DNA of 27,717 bases from a virus (lineage: Duplodnaviria; Caudoviricetes): positions 1-27,717 of IMG/VR virus record IMGVR_UViG_3300046167_000610, one strand, 5' to 3'. Below, piece by piece: positions 18,866-27,717 of this stretch. Made by a program: the position numbers and the translations under genes. Positions within the stretch are counted from its first letter, which is position 1. The number at the start of each line of letters is the position of its first letter. The notes under the pieces are model-generated. The model was not told the DNA's origin, did not search any database, and was given only the letters and a program-made list of their open reading frames with translations.

Positions 18866-21800
18866 ATGTTTGGACAAAGTCTGTTATCAGCTTTTGGAAT
18901 TGCGTGTACAACGGACACAGACCAGTTATTTACAACTAATCTAACAGATACATGCACAGCTACATATCAATTAAATAGTGGATGGTAGTTCTATCCCAAG
19001 TAATACATATCCTTTAACTACAAATGGAATAACATTTGCAAGTGGTAAATTTGGAAATGCAGCAGGATTTTCTTCAGGTAATGCATCTACGGGTGATTAT
19101 ATGAAAGTTTCAAATTCTATTTATGGCTCATCAACTACAGTTTTTTCTTGGTCTTTATGGATAAAATGTGACAATACAACAGGCACAGGTATTAACATAA
19201 TGGGTAATGGAGCATTAGCAGGAGGTCAAACGGGGTATACTGTTTATTTATATAACGGTAGATTAGCATTAAGTACATTGCAAAGCAGTGATCAATATTT
19301 TCCAAATCCTGAAAGCAATGGTACTTTGATAAATGATAATCAATGGCATAATATTGTGCTTACTTATAATAATGGTTCTTTTGTTTTATATTTAGATGGC
19401 TCACCTAATCAAACAGGAACTTCAAGTAATTATATAAATAATGCAACACCTGCAAGTGATACATACATAGGTAATTCATTTCAAAGAGGTATTTCTGACG
19501 GTATAGTAAATGGACAAATAGACCAGGTTAGGGTGTTTGGTGGAACAATATTAAATCAAGATGCAGTAACTGCATTATACAACGAAACAACTACAACAGC
19601 TACTTATCCTTATATTACTACTGAAGTTGCTAATCCTAATAGCATTGCATACTACAAAATGTCAGATGCTACAGATCAGCTTGGTAATTACAATGGTACA
19701 GCCACTAATGTAAACTTTAATACTGAAGGTAAGTTTGGATTTGCTGGAGCGTTTAATGGTAGCAGCAGCAGAATAATTTTAGGTACTTCACAAGATTTTT
19801 CTGTAACAAAAACAGGTGAAATAAGTTTTAGTTTATGGATAAAAACAACAACCTCAGGTACTGGTTATGTTTTTTCCAAAGGTAATGATGCTACTGTAGA
19901 ATATGAATATTTTTTAGAATTATTACAACCAAGTGGCAAATTAAATTGGAGAGCTGTTAATAATAGTGATCTTGTTGCTGCACAAGTTAACTACACCCTC
20001 AAGTACTTTTACAGCAGGTACTTGGTATCACGTAGTTGTAACAAAAAGTTCTACATCAGGAAGAAAATTTTATGTAAATGGATCTGTAGTAGCAACTGAT
20101 TCGGGAAATAGTAATTCAGGAAGTAGTTCGGGTGGTAGAAATTTACTTGGAGCATATTCATCAAGTGGAAATCCTACCTCTACAGCATTTGAATTTGATG
20201 GTAAATTAGACCAAATAAGAATATACGACTCAGCTATATCAGCAGCTGATGTAACTACACTTTACAGAGAAGTTGAATGTGAGCCAGCGGCTATAAATGC
20301 TTTAAATCAATTTAATACTGTTTTATATACAGGAGATGGTAGTAATGGTCATTCAATTAATACAGTAGGATTTAAACCTGATTTTACTTGGATAAAAACA
20401 AGAACCGATATAGGAGGTTCAAATCATTTTCTTTTTGATAGCATTAGAGGTGCAACAAATAGAATTTTTTCAAATCGAAATCTTGCAGAAGCAGCAGATC
20501 TTGATTCTTTAGTATCATTTGATACAGATGGAATAACTGTTACTGATGATGCCGCAGGTAATTATGCAGTAAACGGTAATAATGAAACATACGTAGCTTG
20601 GAACTGGAAAGCACCTTTAGCTAATTTATCAACTAGCTTTAACGGGAGTAATAGTACAATAACAATAGCTAATAATGCAGTGTTTAATTTTACAACTCCT
20701 ACAAGTTTAAGCGTATGGGTTAATAGAAATACAACAAGTAGGGATTTTATCATAGATAAAGGTAATGGTTCAAGTGGAAGCTATGGTTGGCAGTTTGAAT
20801 ATTATAACTCAGAATATGTTTTTCAATTAAACAATACTGTGGGGGGAATTATGGATATTCGAGCAACTACTACTTCTGGTACTGGAATTTGGGACCATGT
20901 TGCAGTTACTTACGACTCAAACCAAGTTGGAAAAATTTATTTAAATGGAGTATTAAAGGCTACAGATACGATGTCAGGAACTGCATCCTTTAATACAAAT
21001 GGGTGTAACAATAGGGAAATATAGTTTAGCTTCTGGATATGAGATGTGATGGAAAGTTAGCCAAGTAGTTTCTTTAGGATTAACACTATCAGTCAGAAGT
21101 ATCTGATCTATACGCAGAACCAGCAGCAAGTAATAATACGTTAAACTATCCTGCAGGTGCAGGCTGTATCGCAGCTTATCCATTACAAACAAATGCAGTA
21201 GATTTAAGTGGTAATTACAGTGGTGCATCTAGTAATGTAACATTTGGTCAGCCAGGTTATTTAACTCAGTAATACTGATGGCGCAATACCAAGCACAGTA
21301 GCCGCTAATGTAGAAGCTGGATTTAGTATTGTGAGCTATACCGCTACAGGCTCTACCGCAACTGTAGGACACGGTCTAGCAGCTCCCCCTGATTTAATAC
21401 TTGCAAAAACAAGCAATCAAGCTTATAATTGGATAGCATATTCATCTGCTTTAGGTTCATCAACACAATTACTCCTTGATCTGGCAATGGCAGCTCAGAC
21501 AGGTTCATCTATTATGGCTAGCACAGACCCTACGAGTACAGTATTTACAGCAGGTGCAGGAAATAATCTTAATTATGCAAATGGCAATACAATAATAGCT
21601 TACTGTTTTAAATCAATAGCAGGTTATAGCAAAGTGGGCTCTTATACTTCAACTTATCCAAGTACAACCTCTGTATACGTTGGCTTTCAACCAAGATTTG
21701 TTATGATTAAAAGTTATAATCAAGCAAGAAATTGGGTTATACATGATTCCGCAAGAGGAGCTGATGAACAATTATATGCAAATTTAAATAATGCAGAAGG

Positions 21801-21912
21801 TAATACGGGAACAGATTTTCAATTTACTTCAACAGGATTTAATGTAAGCGGTGGTGGTAATGATTTAGATGGTGGTCCATCTTATAGTTATATATATTTA
21901 GCAATAGCATAA
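18866..21912 (+). CDS. LamG/concanavalin A-like lectin domain tail protein (3 LamG-like domains + FNTVLYTG-type domain), frameshifted in this sequence
   Basis: Likely start MFGQSLLSAFGIACTTDTDQLF at 18866. LamG motifs SLWIK...WHNIVLTY...LYLDG...GQIDQVRVF recur three times. Frame breaks near 18978, 19990, 21000-21100 and 21270. Confidence 0.7.
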
Positions 21913-21922
21913 ATTAAATAAA

Positions 21923-22348
21923 ATGAGTGAAAAAAAGAAACCCTTTAAAGATACAGGTGTCGGACGGTTTTTAATCGAAAAGGCACCAAGTATTCTAGGA
22001 ATGGTCGGCGACGCAATATTGCCGGGAAATGTAATATCAGAACTAATTAGTGGTAACTCTCAGCTTTCAGAAAGCGATAAACAAGTTGCACTAGAAAAGT
22101 TAAGAATAGAAAGAGCCGAAATTGATGGCACAACCAAAAGATGGGTCGCAGATGCTCGAAGCGGAAACTGGCTTGCGTCCAATGTCCGACCATTGGTTCT
22201 TGTATTTTTAACAATATCATATGTTATAGGGTGGTACGCCGGCTATTCACTGGAATCAGTGACTTCATTATTAACTATCGTAATAGGAGGCTATTTTGGA
22301 TCTCGCGGCGTGGAAAAGGTATTTGGAAATAATAAACATAAACAATGA
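21923..22348 (+). CDS. Putative holin (3TM-type family)
   Basis: 141 aa; RWVADA...WLASNVRPLVLVFL(TM)...SLLTIVIGGYFGSRGVEK; lies upstream of the endolysin. Confidence 0.75.
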   Translation: MSEKKKPFKDTGVGRFLIEKAPSILGMVGDAILPGNVISELISGNSQLSESDKQVALEKLRIERAEIDGTTKRWVADARSGNWLASNVRPLVLVFLTISYVIGWYAGYSLESVTSLLTIVIGGYFGSRGVEKVFGNNKHKQ

Positions 22349-22497
22349 TTGAACAAGATTTAAAAATCTTTGGAATTAACGTAGGAGCAATGATATTTTC
22401 AGTAATACCTGAAATAAACACAGTACTACAGACGGTAGTTTTATTGTTATCAATAGGATACACAATATTAATGATAATAAAAAAAGCAAAAGAATAA
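22345..22497 (+). CDS. Small membrane protein (50 aa) in lysis cassette, not in ORF track
   Basis: ATGA overlap with the holin stop; MIEQDLKIFGINVGAMIFSVIPEINTVLQTVVLLLSIGYTILMIIKKAKE*; two hydrophobic stretches and a basic tail. Confidence 0.75.
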   Translation: MIEQDLKIFGINVGAMIFSVIPEINTVLQTVVLLLSIGYTILMIIKKAKE

Positions 22498-22501
22498 TAC
22501 A

Positions 22502-22846
22502 ATGAAATATTTTAATGAATCTGAATTTAATAACTTTGACAAAATGGACCCTAAGCTTCTTGAGATGTTAGATAATCTTAGAGAAACATATGGATATCCA
22601 ATTACATTAACGTCAACATATAGATCACCTCAGCATCCAATAGAGGCGCGTAAGTCTAGTCCAGGTGAGCACACTTATGGTGCCGCTGTAGATATAGCTT
22701 GTGTAGGAGGTGAGGCTACTTATAAATTAGTAAAAGCAGCTATTGAAGTAGGTTTTACTAGAATAGGTATAAGTAGAAAAAACAATTTTGTTCATGTAGG
22801 TATAGGCTATGACGGTGCTCCACCTATGACAATATGGACATACTAA
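22502..22846 (+). CDS. Peptidase M15A-family (Zn D-Ala-D-Ala peptidase fold) endolysin
   Basis: 114 aa; MKYF..SEF, LL..LD.LR...G.PI.LTS.YR, EHTYGAAVDI (H-x6-D) and FVHV Zn ligands. Confidence 0.85.
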   Translation: MKYFNESEFNNFDKMDPKLLEMLDNLRETYGYPITLTSTYRSPQHPIEARKSSPGEHTYGAAVDIACVGGEATYKLVKAAIEVGFTRIGISRKNNFVHVGIGYDGAPPMTIWTY

Positions 22847-22856
22847 ATTTAATTAA

Positions 22857-23078
22857 ATGGCAAAATTAATACGTAAGATCAGTATAGGTACTGATTACAA
22901 AAACGAAGCAATGCATTACTCTGTAGGTCAGGAAGTTTATGGAGGTCATACTATTTCAGATATATTAGAAGAAGATGGTGCTTATAAAATATTTATAACT
23001 AAAAACAAAGAGGTATTACCTTGGAAACATTTTAATTCTAATATGGCTGTATCTGTTGAATATAACTTAGATTATTAA
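22857..23078 (+). CDS. Conserved phage hypothetical protein
   Basis: 73 aa; LIRKISIG.DYKNEAMHYSVGQEVYGGH.I...WK.FN.NMAVSVEYNL; AAATT-type leader. Confidence 0.7.
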   Translation: MAKLIRKISIGTDYKNEAMHYSVGQEVYGGHTISDILEEDGAYKIFITKNKEVLPWKHFNSNMAVSVEYNLDY

Positions 23079-23680
23079 TGCAAGCACTTTTTGATTATAT
23101 TATATCTACTGAAAATCGTTACAATAACGTAGTTGATGTTGATGACAAAAAATTAGTTGTTAATACAGAAATTACAGAGAGAGATTACATGTTCGTTAAC
23201 AGGATAGGTAAAGTTATTAGTGTTCCAGCTGGTATAAAAACAGAAGTAAGTGTTGGAGATGAAATAATAGTTCATCATAATGTTTTTAGAAGATGGTTAA
23301 ACCAACAACAAGAAGAGCGTAATTCAGCTAGTTATCTTGATGAAGATAAATACACTGTTGCGGCGGATCAAGTTTTTGCTTATAAAAAAGATAAAAAATG
23401 GATTGCACTTCCTGGATATTGCTTTGTAGCGCCAATAAAAATACAAGACAAATGGGCTCTTGATACAGATGAAAATTTAAAAGGGGAACTAGTATATACT
23501 AATAGCCAATTAAGTTCATTAGGAGCGTCTATAGGAGACGTGGTGGGGTTTACACCTAACTCTGAGTATGAGTTTAATATTGATGGTCAAAAACTTTATA
23601 GAATTTTATCAAATCATATAACTATTAATTATGGACCGAAGAAAAAGAATAATACAAGCAGCGGAAAAAGCATTAGTTGA
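23078..23680 (+). CDS. Divergent tandem GroES-like co-chaperonin
   Basis: 200 aa with two GroES-like halves: MQALFDYII...IGKVISVP...VSVGDEIIV and ALPGYCFVAPI...KGELVY...SIGDVVGF...EFNIDGQKLYRILSNHI. Confidence 0.6.
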   Translation: MQALFDYIISTENRYNNVVDVDDKKLVVNTEITERDYMFVNRIGKVISVPAGIKTEVSVGDEIIVHHNVFRRWLNQQQEERNSASYLDEDKYTVAADQVFAYKKDKKWIALPGYCFVAPIKIQDKWALDTDENLKGELVYTNSQLSSLGASIGDVVGFTPNSEYEFNIDGQKLYRILSNHITINYGPKKKNNTSSGKSIS

Positions 23681-23873
23681 GCTTGAAAAAGTTATTAAAC
23701 AAAATATTGATTTATCTGAATTAGATCCTGAAAAAGCTAAAACAGCAGCTCAAGCCAAATGGGTTGCAATAGAAGATTCATTAAAGATTATAGAAAAAAT
23801 TGAAGAGTTATCTGATAAAAAATCTAATACAGAATCTAAAACTTTTTTAGGTGTTGAAAATAGAATCAAATAA
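23631..23873 (+). CDS. Putative terminase small subunit / helical hypothetical protein
   Basis: 80 aa, charged and helical; TAATG-coupled to TerL; assignment is positional only. Confidence 0.45.
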   Translation: MDRRKRIIQAAEKALVELEKVIKQNIDLSELDPEKAKTAAQAKWVAIEDSLKIIEKIEELSDKKSNTESKTFLGVENRIK

Positions 23874-26105
23874 TGTACAAACAAACGCTTTATAAAATAC
23901 ACAATGCTCATTTATCTGATAAAAAAATTAAACATCTTAATAAACATAAGAAGTTTGAATATGGATATAATGAAGAATTAGACTGTGTTGTAATAAGTAA
24001 AGATGGTACAATAGGTGATATATATGAAATACAAGGTCTTAAGGTAGCAATACCTAAAACTCCAAACAAAATAGATGGAGAAGACTTAAAACAAACAGAT
24101 CAATATTTTAGAATAAAAAATAAACCAGAATCTTTAAATAACATAAAAAGCATATATGATTTTCAATCTTACCCAGAGGATATTAAAGAAAAATACTACC
24201 AATATATTGATAGTGAGTTTAATTATCGTAATGATGGGTATTGGTTCATGTGCAACGGTGCCCCGAACTACATTACAGGATCGCACTATGTCTATTTATC
24301 CTGGACAAAGATCGACGTGGGAGCACCAGATTTTAGGCAGGCAAACAGGATATTTTACTACTTTTGGGAGGCGTGCAAGGCAGATAAGAGATCTTATGGA
24401 ATGTGCTACCTTAAGAACAGACGGTCTGGCTTTAGCTTCATGGCATCCTCAGAGACTGTTAACTTGGCAACAACTTCCAAGGACTCTAGATTTGGGGTCT
24501 TATCTAAAACTGGAGCAGATGCGAAGAAGATGTTTACAGACAAGATTGTACCCATATCAATCAACTATCCATTTTTTTTCAAACCAATACAGGATGGGAT
24601 GGAACGACCAAAGACGGAGTTATCCTATAAGATACCGTCAAGAAGACTTACCAGAAACGCCATCAAAGAGACCTATAGTCAAGAGGAATTTGGGAAGGGG
24701 CTCGATACAACAATCGATTGGAAGAACACGGGAGACAACTCGTATGATGGAGAGAAATTACAACTCCTCGTCCATGATGAATCCGGTAAATGGGAGAGGC
24801 CGGACAATATACTCAACAACTGGAGAGTCACGAAAACGTGCCTCAGGCTCGGTGCCAAAGTAGTAGGTAAATGTATGATGGGATCTACATCTAATGCTTT
24901 AAATAAAGGTGGAGATAACTTTAAAAAATTATTTTATAATTCAGATGTCACAAATAGAAACCGCAATGGCCAGACTACAAGTGGACTATATTCTTTGTTC
25001 ATACCTATGGAGTGGGGATACGAAGGGTTTATTGACAAATACGGATATCCTGTCTTCGATACACCATCAGACCCGATTGAAGGAATTGATGGGGAAAAAA
25101 TATTTACGGGAGTCATTGATCATTGGGAAAATGAAGTAGAAGGATTAAAAAAAGATAGTGATGCTTTAAATGAATATTACAGACAATTTCCAAGATCTGA
25201 AAAGCATGCTTTTAGAGATGAAACAGTTAATTCATTATTTAATTTAACTAAAATATATGAGCAAATAGATTTTAACGAAGAAATGGCTATTAAAGGTTAT
25301 GTTGTTCGTGGAACTTTTGCTTGGCAAAATGGTATAAAAGATACTAAAGTTATATGGGTTCCTAGTAAAAATGGTAGATTTAAAATATCATGGATACCGC
25401 CAGATAACATACAAAATAATATAATCATAAAAAATGGTATTAAATATCCTGGTAATGATGGCTTCGGAGCCTTCGGGTGTGATAGTTATGACATCAGCGG
25501 TACTGTTGGGGGTGGTGGGTCTAATGGTGCTCTTCATGGATTAACTACTTTTTCTATGGTAAATGACGTGCCTAATACTAAGTTTTTCTTAGAATACATA
25601 GCACGACCACAAACAGCAGAAATATTTTTTGAAGAAGTTTTAATGGCATTAGTTTTTTACGGTATGCCTATACTTGCTGAAAACAATAAACCAAGATTAT
25701 TATATCATTTAAAAAGAAGAGGTTATAGAGGTTTTTCTATGAACAGACCTGATAAACTTTTAGGTAATTTATCTAAAACTGAAATAGAATTAGGTGGTAT
25801 ACCAAATACATCTGAAGATATAAAACAAGCTCACGCAGCTGCTATTGAATCTTATATAGAAGATTATGTTGGCGTAAAGAAGATAATCATGGTAATATGT
25901 ATTTTCAAAGAACATTAGAAGACTGGGCTAAATTTGATATTAATCAAAAGAACAAAATTATGATGCATCAATAAGTTCAGGTTTAGCTGTTATGGCTTGC
26001 CAAAGGCATTTGTATGCATCTAAAACCAAACGTGAAGTTAAAAAAATTGATTTTGGTTTTTCAAAATATAATAATAACGGAATAAATAGTAAAATACTAA
26101 AATAA
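23873..26105 (+). CDS. terL: Terminase large subunit (C-terminus broken by small indels near 25878 and 25945-25960)
   Basis: LKNRRSGFS (Walker A-like), LLVHDESGKW (Walker B), MMGSTSN (motif III), FGCDSYD and AENNKP (nuclease). Continues off-frame as EDNHGNMYFQRTLEDWAKFDIN then YDASISSGLAVMACQ...SKILK* ending 26105. Confidence 0.9.
24156..24863 (+). CDS. Candidate overprinted gene in +1 frame of terL, putative lipoprotein
   Basis: 235 open codons; basic n-region, hydrophobic ILIVSLIIVMMG and IGS-C (Cys32 at 24249); coincides with a local GC rise. Confidence 0.5.
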   Translation: MIFNLTQRILKKNTTNILIVSLIIVMMGIGSCATVPRTTLQDRTMSIYPGQRSTWEHQILGRQTGYFTTFGRRARQIRDLMECATLRTDGLALASWHPQRLLTWQQLPRTLDLGSYLKLEQMRRRCLQTRLYPYQSTIHFFSNQYRMGWNDQRRSYPIRYRQEDLPETPSKRPIVKRNLGRGSIQQSIGRTRETTRMMERNYNSSSMMNPVNGRGRTIYSTTGESRKRASGSVPK

Positions 26106-26106
26106 C

Positions 26107-27717
26107 ATGGCAGAAGCTAAAGTATCTACCCAATTTCCCAGCCAGACTGTAAAGGACTCTGTAAAGAAGACTAAAGAATACGGAATGGAAGTGGCAAAAG
26201 GAATACAAAGTGAATGGTTCAAGAAAAATTCTGGAACTGGGCGTTTTGTACAGAACCAAAAAGAATTCCATAAATTACGGCTGTATGCTAGGGGTGAACA
26301 ATCAATCCAAAAATATAAAGATGAATTTTCAGTAAACGGTGATTTGTCTTATTTAAATTTAGATTGGAAACCGGTTCCTATTATTCCAAAGTTTGTGGAT
26401 ATTGTAGTAAACGGTATGCAAGACAGATTGTTTACTATAAAAGCATTTGCTCAAGATCCTACATCTATAAAAGAAAGAACTAAGTTTGTTGAAGGTGTAC
26501 AAGAGGACATAGCTTCTAAAGCTTACATTGACGAAGTATCTAAAGAACTTAATTTAGATATAAGAAGTATCAAAGACCCTAACGCTCCTAAAACTACAGA
26601 AGAGTTAGAGCTTTACATGCAAATAAGCTACAAGCAGTCTATAGAAATAGCACAAGAACAAGCTATAGATAATGTTTTTAAAAGAAATAAATATTTTGAA
26701 ACTAAGAAAAGATTAGACTACGACCAAACGGTTTTGGGTATTGCTTGTGCAAAACACGGATTTAACAACACAGATGGTGTATCTATAGAATATGTAGATC
26801 CAGCTAATCTCGTTTACTCTCACACTGAAGATCCTAATTTTGAAGACGTTTATTATTTTGGTGAAATAAAGCAAATTAAATCAAACGAGCTTAAGAAAAA
26901 ATTTCCTGGCTTATCTAAAGAAGAGTTTGAAGAAGCTATCTCTAAATCAGGAGATAGTAGTTTATACGATTACAATTCAAATTTAGATAATGGAAAAGAT
27001 TCAAATACTCTTTCTGTAATGTATTTCAATTGGAAAACGTGGGAAAGTAGTGTTTATAAAATAAAAGAAACTTCAACAGGTGCTAGCAAAGCTATAAAGA
27101 AAGACGATAATTTTAATCCACCTAAAGATCAAAGAACTAGATTTGAAAAAGTTGCACAAGCTAGAGAAGTGATATATGAAGGTGTTATGGTATTAGGAAG
27201 TGATAAGCTACTAAAATGGGAAAAAGCTTCTAATATGGTTCGTCCAGAGTCAAATATTAACAAGGTAATGATGAATTATGTTGTTAGTGCACCTAGAATG
27301 TATAATGGGCGTATAGAAAGTCTGGTAAGTAGAATGGTTACTTACGCGGATTTAATACAGCTTACTCATCTTAAGCTTCAGCAAGTAATACAGAGAATGA
27401 CACCTTCTGGTGTTTATCTAGATGCTGATGGTTTAGCGGAAATAGATTTAGGCAACGGAACTAATTATAATCCTCAAGAAGCTTTAAATCTTTATTTCCA
27501 AACAGGATCTGTTATTGGTAGGTCTATGACTGTTGATGGTGAAATGAATGGAGGTAAAATACCTATTCAAGAACTACCTGGAGGTGGCGGTCAACAATCC
27601 CAAATGTTAATAGCAGCGTATAACTATTACTTGAATATGATTCGCGATGTGACTGGATTAAACGAAGCTAGAGACGGTTCGGATCCAGATCCATATGCTC
27701 TAGTTGGCGTGCAAAAA
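26107..27717 (+). CDS. Portal protein (3'-truncated by window end), not in ORF track
   Basis: ATG at 26107 directly after terL, frame open to the window end: MAEAKVSTQFPSQ...LRLYARGEQSIQKYK...YLNLDWKPVPIIPKFVDIVVNGM...MIRDVTGLNEARDG. Confidence 0.85.
   Translation, partial: MAEAKVSTQFPSQTVKDSVKKTKEYGMEVAKGIQSEWFKKNSGTGRFVQNQKEFHKLRLYARGEQSIQKYKDEFSVNGDLSYLNLDWKPVPIIPKFVDIVVNGMQDRLFTIKAFAQDPTSIKERTKFVEGVQEDIASKAYIDEVSKELNLDIRSIKDPNAPKTTEELELYMQISYKQSIEIAQEQAIDNVFKRNKYFETKKRLDYDQTVLGIACAKHGFNNTDGVSIEYVDPANLVYSHTEDPNFEDVYYFGEIKQIKSNELKKKFPGLSKEEFEEAISKSGDSSLYDYNSNLDNGKDSNTLSVMYFNWKTWESSVYKIKETSTGASKAIKKDDNFNPPKDQRTRFEKVAQAREVIYEGVMVLGSDKLLKWEKASNMVRPESNINKVMMNYVVSAPRMYNGRIESLVSRMVTYADLIQLTHLKLQQVIQRMTPSGVYLDADGLAEIDLGNGTNYNPQEALNLYFQTGSVIGRSMTVDGEMNGGKIPIQELPGGGGQQSQMLIAAYNYYLNMIRDVTGLNEARDGSDPDPYALVGVQK

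Noticed and set aside
15621-21912. Diversity-generating retroelement or invertase shufflon acting on fibre genes
   Set aside because: No reverse transcriptase or recombinase in the window; repeats are short and direct and lack adenine-specific mismatches.
22141-22332. Cys/Arg-rich alternative-frame ORF inside the holin
   Set aside because: Only 63 codons, with no proper hydrophobic signal before its Cys residues; not supportable as an embedded spanin without conservation data.
17140-26105. Stop-codon reassignment explaining the broken genes
   Set aside because: The breaks are frame changes rather than in-frame TAG/TGA, and long genes translate intact with the standard code.
26038-26271. Minus-strand 77-aa hydrophobic ORF over the terL/portal junction
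   Set aside because: Antisense shadow of A-rich coding sequence.
1-27717. tRNA, rRNA, CRISPR array, IS element, intron/intein or intrinsic terminator
   Set aside because: None recognised by eye; intergenic gaps are mostly under 30 nt and TerL shows no obvious intein. A covariance-model scan was not possible.

Overview
Late (morphogenesis/lysis/packaging) region of an AT-rich tailed dsDNA phage, most likely an uncultured aquatic Bacteroidota (Flavobacteriia) phage. The host inference rests on A-rich start contexts without Shine-Dalgarno motifs and on the gene families. All credible genes are on the + strand and tightly packed, often with TAATG stop/start overlaps. Order: two small basic proteins, groEL, groES-like, winged-helix-like protein, about 19 kb of modular tail/fibre genes (with a CxxC redoxin embedded), holin, small membrane protein, M15 endolysin, a conserved hypothetical, a second (tandem) GroES-like gene, putative TerS, TerL and portal (runs off the end). 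Several genes are broken by small indels, probably sequencing/consensus errors. The standout observation is a 235-codon +1-frame ORF with a lipoprotein-like N-terminus nested in the TerL ATPase domain, coinciding with a sharp GC rise. Family assignments come from motif recognition only; no database searches were run.
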